From: a virus
Lineage: Duplodnaviria > Caudoviricetes
Strand: one strand, 5' to 3'
Virus record (IMG/VR): IMGVR_UViG_3300033135_000167
Span: 1-39,476 of that record
DNA length: 39,476 nucleotides
Part shown: in pieces, positions 1-7,465 of the stretch
Layout: each line of letters begins with the position of its first letter
Position numbering within the stretch: the stretch's first letter is position 1
Notes under the pieces: model-generated
What the model was told of the DNA's origin: nothing
What the model saw: only the letters and a program-made list of their open reading frames with translations
The model's database searches: none
Made by a program: the position numbers and the translations under genes

Positions 1-2
1 AG

Positions 3-140
3 ACATTAGAACCTAAGTATAATAGACTTGTATTTTTTGATGGATATAAATTTCCTCATGGTATGAATATTTGCACTGATAGATACTTTGGTGAAGAGTA
101 TCGTGTTAATCAAGTTTTTTTCTTTGATATGGAGGATTGA
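3..140 (+). CDS. C-terminal fragment of a probable 2OG-Fe(II) oxygenase-like (DUF6445-like) protein, truncated by the window start
   Basis: Manual translation TLEPKYNRLVFFDGYKFPHGMNICTDRYFGEEYRVNQVFFFDMED*. The NRLVFFDG..H..R.NQVFF pattern resembles the end of a double-stranded beta-helix oxygenase. Confidence 0.6.
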   Translation, partial: TLEPKYNRLVFFDGYKFPHGMNICTDRYFGEEYRVNQVFFFDMED

Positions 141-209
141 AAATCACTTTTTAATTCCATAAAATTGGGAAAAAAATTCCCGCAAAAAATTTACCCTTAA
201 GGTTTTTTC
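141..209. repeat. Dispersed intergenic element, copy 1 (copy 2 at 15635-15703)
   Basis: AAATCACTTTTTAATT..AAAAT.GGGAAAAAAA.TCCCGCAAAAAA.TTAC...TAAGGTTTTTTC occurs at both sites and includes a GGGA(A)..(T)TCCC hairpin. Confidence 0.85.
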
Positions 210-210
210 A

Positions 211-447
211 ATGAAAGCAGTAGTTTACTCAAGAGATAATTGTCAGTGGTGTGATAGAGTTAGACAATTATTTAAATCTGTTGACATTAAATACATAGAG
301 TATAAGTATGGTGTAGACTATACTAAACAAGAATTTCAGCAAGAGTTTGGTTGTGATGCCACTTTTCCTCAAATTCAAATTGATAATAAACACATAGGCG
401 GATGCAAGGACACACTACATTATCTGAAAACGAAGAATCTAATATAA
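211..447 (+). CDS. nrdC: Glutaredoxin (T4 NrdC-like)
   Basis: CQWC active site, TFPQI cis-Pro motif, IGG motif, 78 aa. Confidence 0.9.
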   Translation: MKAVVYSRDNCQWCDRVRQLFKSVDIKYIEYKYGVDYTKQEFQQEFGCDATFPQIQIDNKHIGGCKDTLHYLKTKNLI

Positions 448-560
448 ACATCAACAAAGGATATGAATTTCTTTTAAAGGTACCTGAAAGAAGAGTTCAA
501 TTGTTTAAGTTTAATATTCCTTTTACAAATTATTCTTTTGAATTTTATAAGGAGTTTTAA
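402..560 (+). CDS. Small hypothetical protein (52 aa, not in ORF track)
   Basis: MQGHTTLSENEESNININKGYEFLLKVPERRVQLFKFNIPFTNYSFEFYKEF*. It fills the gap, and its TAA overlaps the next ATG (TAATG). Confidence 0.55.
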   Translation: MQGHTTLSENEESNININKGYEFLLKVPERRVQLFKFNIPFTNYSFEFYKEF

Positions 561-1099
561 TGTATAAACCACATTATTGGTATCATGGTAATTTGTACAT
601 GATTCCTGAAAAAATTGATGATATATTTAATTATATTGATAAAACCCCTGTAAAAAAATTATTAGATGGAAGTAAAAATCATTTAACCACATATTTTGAT
701 GATGATGATTTAAGTGCTTTTTTTACAGATTTCTATGACCAAGTGGGGGCACAAATTATGAAAAAAATAGGTCTGTATTCTCGTACTAAATTTGAAACTA
801 CATATTGGTCACAAATTTATTCAAAATGTATGAATCATTCATCTCATAATCATTGTTCTTTTGAATGTGAAGAATCAATTATATCATGGGTGCATTTTAT
901 AAATGTTCCAGAACAAAAATGTTTTAAATTTACAGATAATGATGGTAATGTTTTTTATCCCCCAGAACAAAGGAACGGAGATATAATATATTTTCCATCT
1001 TGGGCATATCATGCAGTCGATCCAAATGAAACTAATGATATCAGAGTCGTCATTGCAGGAAACATAACAGTTACAGATTCGTATGATATTGATGAGTAA
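560..1099 (+). CDS. Putative 2OG-Fe(II) oxygenase
   Basis: HNH, ISWVHF, FPSWAYHAV and R..IAGN motifs typical of cyanophage putative oxygenases; AAGGAG RBS upstream. Confidence 0.8.
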   Translation: MYKPHYWYHGNLYMIPEKIDDIFNYIDKTPVKKLLDGSKNHLTTYFDDDDLSAFFTDFYDQVGAQIMKKIGLYSRTKFETTYWSQIYSKCMNHSSHNHCSFECEESIISWVHFINVPEQKCFKFTDNDGNVFYPPEQRNGDIIYFPSWAYHAVDPNETNDIRVVIAGNITVTDSYDIDE

Positions 1100-1119
1100 A
1101 AAAGTTCTTTTTTTGAATG

Positions 1120-1127
1120 TCTAAATA
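1120..1127 (+). promoter_or_regulatory. T4-type late promoter-like motif (TCTAAATA)
   Basis: Intergenic, about 20 nt upstream of the ATG at 1149. Confidence 0.55.
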
Positions 1128-1148
1128 ATTCCGCCTAGAAAAATTGAT

Positions 1149-1358
1149 ATGACAGAAATCGTCATAGGACTCTGCATCCTTGTTGCAGTCTTAACAATAA
1201 CACTAGGAGGTGTGGTAGGATATTTAATAAGTCAACATGTGCATACGACAAATCCTCGTTATACACACCCCGAATGTTTTGATGTAAACGGTAATCCAAT
1301 TCCTGATGACATCATTGCATTTCGGTTTGAAAACAACTCTGATGAATTTGAAGACTAA
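1149..1358 (+). CDS. Conserved cyanophage membrane-anchored hypothetical protein
   Basis: N-terminal hydrophobic helix, HPECFDVNGN motif, acidic tail. Confidence 0.75.
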   Translation: MTEIVIGLCILVAVLTITLGGVVGYLISQHVHTTNPRYTHPECFDVNGNPIPDDIIAFRFENNSDEFED

Positions 1359-1360
1359 TC

Positions 1361-1810
1361 ATGGCAAGACTTCCTAAAAATCCTTTGGTAAGTGAGGTGT
1401 TAAGAGCAGCTCACGGTGCTAAAACAAAGGATAAAAAAATCTCAATTTTGAAAGAACATAAAGGTGATCACTTTAAAGCACTTTTTGTATGGAATTATGA
1501 TTCTGAAATAAAAAGTGCAATACCAGAAGGTGATGTTCCATACAAACCTAATGAAGCACCTGCTGGCACCGAAGGACATACTAGATTAGTTCATGAATGG
1601 AGAACTCTTTACAATTTTGTTAGAGGTGGTAATGACAGATTGTCTCAAATGAAACGTGAGGCAATGCTGGTTCAACTATTAGAATCCTTACATGCTGATG
1701 AAGCAGAAGTTATTAATCTTGTAAAGGACAAAAGATTACAGCAAAAATATAGAATTACAAAAGCGGTGGTATCAGAGGCATACCCAGAAATAAAATGGAG
1801 AGATGAATAA
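1361..1810 (+). CDS. Conserved T4-like phage hypothetical protein (DUF6433-like)
   Basis: PEGDVPY and KRE...QLLESLHADEAE motifs. Confidence 0.75.
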   Translation: MARLPKNPLVSEVLRAAHGAKTKDKKISILKEHKGDHFKALFVWNYDSEIKSAIPEGDVPYKPNEAPAGTEGHTRLVHEWRTLYNFVRGGNDRLSQMKREAMLVQLLESLHADEAEVINLVKDKRLQQKYRITKAVVSEAYPEIKWRDE

Positions 1811-1814
1811 AAAC

Positions 1815-1830
1815 TGTAACATAAGTTACA
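1815..1830. promoter_or_regulatory. NtcA binding site
   Basis: TGTAAC-ATAA-GTTACA, a perfect GTA-N8-TAC with an extended palindrome, intergenic and upstream of a glutamine riboswitch. Confidence 0.75.
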
Positions 1831-1857
1831 TTTTTTTATATTAAATACATTTGGATA

Positions 1858-1866
1858 TGTTATAGT
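1858..1866 (+). promoter_or_regulatory. Extended -10 promoter element (TGtTATAGT)
   Basis: Places a start site near 1873, immediately before the riboswitch P1 strand. Confidence 0.55.
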
Positions 1867-1873
1867 ATTCATA

Positions 1874-2109
1874 CGTTCATCTTATGGGCATTCTATTTTA
1901 CCTATCTCTACTCGCTAGCCACGAACCAGTTCATTGGACTATTAGTTGCGAAAGGTGGATGGAACTAACTTATGAAGTCAAACAAGATCCTTATCTTGAT
2001 GCGGAATCTAAGTTAGGTTTGATCAACTACTTTAAAACTAAAGTAGATGAAAAATGTAATGTAGGAGAAACATAGGACGCAAGTATGTGGTATTACCACA
2101 GAAGGAACG
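1874..2109 (+). ncRNA. Glutamine riboswitch (glnA / type I motif) with an ORF-containing P2 loop
   Basis: P1 CGTTC(1874-78)/GAACG(2105-09); P2 TCTTATG(1880-86)/CATAGGA(2071-77); junction CGCAAGTA; P3 TGTGGT/ACCACA(2086-2100); E-loop AGTA/GAA. Confidence 0.8.
1884..2075 (+). CDS. Small hypothetical protein (63 aa) nested in the riboswitch
   Basis: Open frame with a hydrophobic N-terminus and two Cys; start and stop codons both lie in P2. Confidence 0.7.
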   Translation: MGILFYLSLLASHEPVHWTISCERWMELTYEVKQDPYLDAESKLGLINYFKTKVDEKCNVGET

Positions 2110-2136
2110 GGATTTTGTCCTATTACTTCAAATCAA

Positions 2137-2316
2137 ATGTCAAACTTAAAATACAGAGGAGCAGCATATTCTGCTTCAGATTCCACTTCAACTAAAGAAA
2201 CTAAAACATTAGTTTACAGAGGAGTGACTTACAAGGTACCTTCTTCATCAAGGAAAAAAATTAATTTCGACGGTGTATATAGAGGTATTAAATTTAACAA
2301 ACTGACATTAGTTTAA
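2137..2316 (+). CDS. DUF4278-like YRG-repeat small protein (59 aa, not in ORF track)
   Basis: MSNLKYRGAAYSASDSTSTKETKTLVYRGVTYKVPSSSRKKINFDGVYRGIKFNKLTLV*. Three YRG repeats, directly downstream of the glutamine riboswitch. Confidence 0.85.
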   Translation: MSNLKYRGAAYSASDSTSTKETKTLVYRGVTYKVPSSSRKKINFDGVYRGIKFNKLTLV

Positions 2317-2325
2317 AACTATAAT

Positions 2326-2350
2326 GGGAGGTAATACCTCCCTTTTTTTT
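2326..2350 (+). terminator. Rho-independent terminator
   Basis: GGGAGGT-AAT-ACCTCCC followed by T8. Confidence 0.9.
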
Positions 2351-2929
2351 ATGTATTACGGTATTAGGTACGATCTCTCAAGAATAGAAGGTGATGATGT
2401 TACAGTTGACACTGTGGCAGATTTGCTTACTGAAAAAAAAGTTATTGCTGTATTTCAAGGAAAGTCAGAGGCAGGACCTAGAGCATTAGGTAACAGATCT
2501 ATTTTATACGATCCTAGAGATCCAAATGGTCAAGAAAAAATAAACAATATAAAACGACGAGAGCAGTTTAGACCTTTTGCTGCATCAATTTTACATAATC
2601 ATGTAAAAGAATGGTTTCTAATTGACTCATCTCCTCATATGTCTTACGCTGTTGATGCTCGTCTACATACTCATAACAAGATACCTGCTGTCTTGCATCA
2701 TGATTACACTAGTAGAATACAAACTGTGACCTATGAGGAAAACCCTAGATTCTTTGATATCATTTCTAGATTCTTTGGTAGAACAGGCGTTCCCATGGTT
2801 CTTAATACTAGTTTTAATCTTGCTGGAGATCCACTGGTCGAAACACCAGACGAAGCACTAGATACATTAAAAAAAAGTGAGATAGATTATGTCTACTTCC
2901 CAGAAATCAATAAACTCGTTGGGGATTAA
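2351..2929 (+). CDS. Carbamoyltransferase C-terminal (YrdC-like) domain, NodU/CmcH family
   Basis: GPRALGNRSIL, KRREQFRPFA, NTSFN motifs. Start moved to 2351 because 2324 overlaps the terminator. Confidence 0.9.
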   Translation: MYYGIRYDLSRIEGDDVTVDTVADLLTEKKVIAVFQGKSEAGPRALGNRSILYDPRDPNGQEKINNIKRREQFRPFAASILHNHVKEWFLIDSSPHMSYAVDARLHTHNKIPAVLHHDYTSRIQTVTYEENPRFFDIISRFFGRTGVPMVLNTSFNLAGDPLVETPDEALDTLKKSEIDYVYFPEINKLVGD

Positions 2930-3707
2930 TTTTTCTAATAATGGTTCTATATGTTTATTAAAAGATGGTGAGATAGATTTATATCTTGAAGCTGAAAGAA
3001 TAACAAGAAAAAAATATGACTATGAAGTCAAATCATTATTTAAATATATTGACAAAGTAGATCATATAGGATTTGCTGATTGTCATTGGAGTAATCCAAC
3101 CAAAAATTTAAAGACCGCAAGAGATAAATCTGCCATAAAAAGATTATTTCCTAATGCCACTATTCATGATTACACATACGATCATCATTTGACACATGCT
3201 TATGGTGCTTGGAGGCGTTCTGGTTTCAAAAAGGATGTTGTAGTCATAGTTGTAGATTCTAACGGTTCAAAAACCACTAAGGGATTAGAGACAGTGAGTA
3301 TATTCTGTAATAGATGGGGTTGGACAAAAAAACATTATGAAGAGTATCAAACAAAAAATGATCTTGGTATTGGTAGAAAGTTTGAACTTGCTGCATTAGA
3401 ATTAGGATTCAATGAAATAGATGCGGGCAAGGTCATGGGTCTTTCTGCTTTTGGTAAGGGTATTTCATATGAAGTTCAAAAAGAATGGGAGAAAAAAGCA
3501 TCTATTCTTTTTACAATTGCTGAAAAATATAGTTGGAATATAATACTAACAGGAGGGTGTTTCCAAAACTGTGTTGTTAATTATAAATTATTCAAGGAAA
3601 AAGGTGAACATATTAACATGTATGTTGATCCTATCGCACATGATGGTGGCACAGCAATAGGTGCTGCATACCTCGCTTATGATGAAACCCAAATTAAAAA
3701 TTCTTGA
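2889..3707 (+). CDS. Carbamoyltransferase N-terminal (Kae1-like) domain
   Basis: EAERITRKK, HHLTHA, GKVMGLSAFG, GGCFQNCVVN, DGGTAIGAA motifs. Confidence 0.9.
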   Translation: MSTSQKSINSLGINFSNNGSICLLKDGEIDLYLEAERITRKKYDYEVKSLFKYIDKVDHIGFADCHWSNPTKNLKTARDKSAIKRLFPNATIHDYTYDHHLTHAYGAWRRSGFKKDVVVIVVDSNGSKTTKGLETVSIFCNRWGWTKKHYEEYQTKNDLGIGRKFELAALELGFNEIDAGKVMGLSAFGKGISYEVQKEWEKKASILFTIAEKYSWNIILTGGCFQNCVVNYKLFKEKGEHINMYVDPIAHDGGTAIGAAYLAYDETQIKNS

Positions 3708-4473
3708 TGTAAGTGCATCTATAGGATGTAACTTAAGTTGTAAAGGTTGTAATCATTTCAGTAATTATTTCGCTGCGGGTTCTAAAATTAGTACTGATGC
3801 ACTACTGGATGATTTAAATAAAATACTTCCAAGAATAGATATAGGTAGAATCTCTGTTATAGGGGGAGAACCATTATTAAATCCACGATGCGAGGAAATT
3901 TTAAATGCATGTAGATCAAGTTCTGATTCTATTGTTTATCTCTATACCAATGGCTTATTACTCTTACAGAATGAAAAATGGATCAAAAGAGCATTAGAAG
4001 ACCCAAAAATATTTTTAAGAATTAGTGTGCATATACCTGAAGTAATAGACATCGTAAAAAAATTTAATCATCCTAAAGTTATTGTTAGTGAACATCATGA
4101 TAATGTGGATCAGTGGTTTTATTCAATAAAACAAAAGGATGGAAAAGTCTATCCTTACGATCATAAAAATCCAAAAAAAAGTTTTTATTATTGTTCATGC
4201 CCTAACACTCAATTATATAATGGGCGTTTATGGAAGTGTCCTAACTCAGCATTTTTAAATGAATTATTGTATGTGACTGATCAAGAAAATGATTTGGTTT
4301 GGAGTGAGTATAAAAAACAGGGACTGTCAGTTGATTGTTCTGATGATCAATTAAAAACTTTCTGTGATAATTCGACAAACCATGAATCTATATGTAATAT
4401 GTGTACATCTAAACCCTTAAAGTTTAGTGCTGCTGTTCAATCTAAAATTAAAAAAAAGGTGATCCATGTTTAG
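3679..4473 (+). CDS. Radical SAM protein with C-terminal Cys cluster
   Basis: CNLSCKGC (CX3CX2C), GGEP, TNG, plus CSCP/WKCP/CNMC. ATG 3679 preferred to GTG 3661. Confidence 0.9.
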   Translation: MMKPKLKILDVSASIGCNLSCKGCNHFSNYFAAGSKISTDALLDDLNKILPRIDIGRISVIGGEPLLNPRCEEILNACRSSSDSIVYLYTNGLLLLQNEKWIKRALEDPKIFLRISVHIPEVIDIVKKFNHPKVIVSEHHDNVDQWFYSIKQKDGKVYPYDHKNPKKSFYYCSCPNTQLYNGRLWKCPNSAFLNELLYVTDQENDLVWSEYKKQGLSVDCSDDQLKTFCDNSTNHESICNMCTSKPLKFSAAVQSKIKKKVIHV

Positions 4474-5356
4474 AGGTAATTACGATAATATCACCCCTCA
4501 TCGTATTATGGTGAATGATTGGTACAGGACAAGTAAATATGAAGAATCCATTAGTAAATGTATAAAAGAGGGTGACACAGTAATTGATTATGGTGCAGGA
4601 AGTGGTATTTTATCTTACATGGCAATAAAGTATGGAGCAAAAAAAGTATATGCTATTGAGAGAAACTATAAAACAGCAAGATTTTTAAGACACAATATAA
4701 AAAAAGCAAATTTAGAAGACAAGATTGAAGTCTTTGTTGGTGACGCTGCTTCATTTATTTACAAACATGACATTGTAAAAATTGATGTTGTGATAAGCGA
4801 GTGTATTGGAGATCATTTATTTGAAAATAAAATGATATATGAGTTCTATAATCTATGTGATCATTACAGAGTAGGAAGACAGATACCCGACAACATGTCA
4901 CTATGCATGTTTCCACATCTCATTGGTTTAAAAAATAATACTCGACATGAATTTGTAGATTTTGATAGTGATATAATTTCTGAATTTCCAATCGATGTTG
5001 CATATTTTGAAAATAATTCAGATGAAAAAGAATTTTATTATAAACTTAATCACAAAATTAGACATCATGATGAAAATGTATTGTTTAAATTGAGTTGGAA
5101 ATATGATTTAAATGATGGATTGTTGGAGAAAAAAGTTAAAGGTTTCGGAAGAAAGGGATTTATTATGCTTTATTTTTATGTTGAGTTATTTGATAAAGTT
5201 TTTTTTACTAATCATCCGAGCAGACCAAAGACAGGGACTCACAGTTATTTTCAAAGAATAGTCCCATATTATGAGGGAGATATTAATATAAAAATTAATT
5301 CTTTATACGATCAACGTGGGAATGAAGGGAGTCCTTGTCAAAATATTGTTTTATAA
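4466..5356 (+). CDS. Class I SAM-dependent methyltransferase, protein arginine methyltransferase (PRMT)-like
   Basis: HRIMVNDWYRTSKY, VIDYGAGSGILS, VYAIE, DVVISECIG and a C-terminal THSYFQ. Confidence 0.8.
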   Translation: MFRGNYDNITPHRIMVNDWYRTSKYEESISKCIKEGDTVIDYGAGSGILSYMAIKYGAKKVYAIERNYKTARFLRHNIKKANLEDKIEVFVGDAASFIYKHDIVKIDVVISECIGDHLFENKMIYEFYNLCDHYRVGRQIPDNMSLCMFPHLIGLKNNTRHEFVDFDSDIISEFPIDVAYFENNSDEKEFYYKLNHKIRHHDENVLFKLSWKYDLNDGLLEKKVKGFGRKGFIMLYFYVELFDKVFFTNHPSRPKTGTHSYFQRIVPYYEGDINIKINSLYDQRGNEGSPCQNIVL

Positions 5357-5376
5357 ATTAAATAGGAGGACATTAA

Positions 5377-5724
5377 ATGCCAAAATTTAAATTTGAAAAA
5401 ACATTTCTTATAGGAAAAGGAAAGGTTGCATGGTATCAAAAAGCAACTATATGGGCGTGGAAACAACATCCAGTTATACAACCCTTTTTGATTAAAATGA
5501 TTCAATGGTTGAAACAAAAATGGATTGAAGTAAAAATAGAGAACACGATAAATAAGGTAGACAATGATATAGAAAAAATTCATGATCTTTGGGATGAGGA
5601 GGAATCAAATAAGAGGATGGATACTATCGCACAAAATGGTAATGATGGTCTTCACTATTTTGAAGAAGAATCTGTAGTAAAAGGATTAAAAAACATTGGA
5701 ATTGGAATCAGTACAAATTCCTAA
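5377..5724 (+). CDS. Hypothetical protein
   Basis: Strong AGGAGG RBS, in-operon ORF, no recognised motif. Confidence 0.7.
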   Translation: MPKFKFEKTFLIGKGKVAWYQKATIWAWKQHPVIQPFLIKMIQWLKQKWIEVKIENTINKVDNDIEKIHDLWDEEESNKRMDTIAQNGNDGLHYFEEESVVKGLKNIGIGISTNS

Positions 5725-6574
5725 TTTTCTCTCAGAAGATAGGGTAGATGTAGTTTCAAAATTTTATTTTGAAGTGTGTGAAATTTTAGGATGTAAAGTT
5801 CATGAAATTACTTTCAATAATATTACGACTAAAGTTGACTACGTTTCAGGGACTAATTATGAAGATTTTGATTATAGATATTGTCCAAGTATTGAAAAAC
5901 AATATACTGATGATAAAGTCATAAATTATAAAAAAATACCTGAAGATAAAATAAAAGATATAAACACCGATTGGATTCCAGAAATGATTGATCATTTAAA
6001 TGAGGAATTCCAAAAAATAAACAGAAAAGGTAAGATTCGTACTTTTGTCATATTTAATCTACCAAATCCTGTTCAAATACATACTGATGGAAATGATATT
6101 AAAAATAAAAGAGGGAAAAGAGATGTTTTTAATCCCGTTTTCAAACGAGAAGAATATTTTCCATCATATAAAAAATTTACTCATCAAGGGTTAATTACTA
6201 TACAAAATGATGATTTAAGAAATGGAACTATAGTTTTCAATCAAACATTTCCATATAGTGTTTATTATGCGAATCATGAAAATAATTTAGATAGAAAAAA
6301 ATCAGTTATAACATTTTTAAAGGATGATGATATTTTTAGATTTGATGAAAAAATTGAAAATTATACTTATGAGTACATGTCGGATGAAGAATATAAATTA
6401 TTACCAGATATGAATAGAGAGCAATTATTTGGATTATCACTAGATAAAAAACTTATGTTTATGGACAAAGGTACTTTAGTATCATGGCAAGATGGAAAGT
6501 TTCATACAACCATACCAATGAAAAAAGAATGGGGTAATAGAATAATGTTGCAGTATGAAGCAGTAGATGAATGA
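5696..6574 (+). CDS. Hypothetical protein, possible 2OG-Fe(II)/DSBH oxygenase
   Basis: IHTDG (HxD), distal FH and R near the C-terminus; TTG start uncertain. Confidence 0.55.
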   Translation: MELESVQIPNFLSEDRVDVVSKFYFEVCEILGCKVHEITFNNITTKVDYVSGTNYEDFDYRYCPSIEKQYTDDKVINYKKIPEDKIKDINTDWIPEMIDHLNEEFQKINRKGKIRTFVIFNLPNPVQIHTDGNDIKNKRGKRDVFNPVFKREEYFPSYKKFTHQGLITIQNDDLRNGTIVFNQTFPYSVYYANHENNLDRKKSVITFLKDDDIFRFDEKIENYTYEYMSDEEYKLLPDMNREQLFGLSLDKKLMFMDKGTLVSWQDGKFHTTIPMKKEWGNRIMLQYEAVDE

Positions 6575-7206
6575 AAATATTATTTAATGGTTGTAGTATT
6601 ACTTGGGGAGATGAATTAGAGGACAATAGAAAATCGAGATTTAGTAAATTAGTATGTGATGAATTGGATATTGATGAAAAAAATTTAAGTATGCGTGGTG
6701 CTAGTAATGATTATATTTTAAGAACAACTATAGACTACTGTGATAAAAATACAGTAGACATTGCAGTGATTCAATTTACTGTTGAGAGTCGCATAGAATA
6801 TTTTGGTGATGATGCATTTCCACACCAATTTGCTCCTGCAAATCGTGTAAAATGTCAAAATAAAAATAAATGGTTTTACAAATTAATATACAATGAATAC
6901 CATGGATATGAAAACTTAAATAAAAATCTATATTTTCTAGATTTATATTGTAAGTATAAAAATATTAGATTAATTCCATTATGGCTTGATTGGAGTAAAA
7001 AACATCAAAGTTTTTATTGGAAATCTACTATTAATTTAATTCATCTTTGTAAAGATATTTGGAATAATCCAGAGTATAATCAAGGATTAATAAAATCTCA
7101 CAAAGAAATATTATGTCCTAACCATCATCCTAATGAATTAGGGCATAGATGGGTAGCAGATAAAATAATATCTTTAATAAACTTTGATAAATATATTTAC
7201 ATATAA
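6571..7206 (+). CDS. SGNH/GDSL-like hydrolase-fold protein
   Basis: NGCSITWG, GASN and HPNELGH blocks. Confidence 0.7.
   Translation: MKILFNGCSITWGDELEDNRKSRFSKLVCDELDIDEKNLSMRGASNDYILRTTIDYCDKNTVDIAVIQFTVESRIEYFGDDAFPHQFAPANRVKCQNKNKWFYKLIYNEYHGYENLNKNLYFLDLYCKYKNIRLIPLWLDWSKKHQSFYWKSTINLIHLCKDIWNNPEYNQGLIKSHKEILCPNHHPNELGHRWVADKIISLINFDKYIYI
7186..7193 (+). promoter_or_regulatory. Late promoter-like motif (GATAAATA)
   Basis: 20 nt upstream of ATG 7214. Confidence 0.5.
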
Positions 7207-7213
7207 AAATATT

Positions 7214-7465
7214 ATGCCAACATACCCTGTAAAACACACTGAAACAGGTGAAACAAAGGAATTTTCTATGACTATGAAAGAGTATGATCAGTGGAGAAAA
7301 GAAAATCCCAAGTGGGATAAAGATTGGTCAAAAGGCACTGGAGGTGCGGTGAGTGGAGTGGGAGATGTATATAGTCGTACAGATGGAGGATGGAATGAAG
7401 TTTTATCTAAGGTAGGATCAATGCCAGGTTCAAAAGTAAAACCACAGAAAACTACACATTTCTGA
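7214..7465 (+). CDS. Conserved cyanophage small protein (FmdB-like) upstream of phoH
   Basis: MPTYPVKH start and GWNEVLSKV motif; usual position before phoH. Confidence 0.8.
   Translation: MPTYPVKHTETGETKEFSMTMKEYDQWRKENPKWDKDWSKGTGGAVSGVGDVYSRTDGGWNEVLSKVGSMPGSKVKPQKTTHF

Noticed and set aside
2324-2350. Track start for the carbamoyltransferase C domain
   Set aside because: It overlaps the terminator hairpin; ATG 2351 is more plausible. Upstream extensions of gp59, gp32, gp4 and the 7184 and 26511 ORFs were trimmed to starts matching the recognisable protein N-termini.
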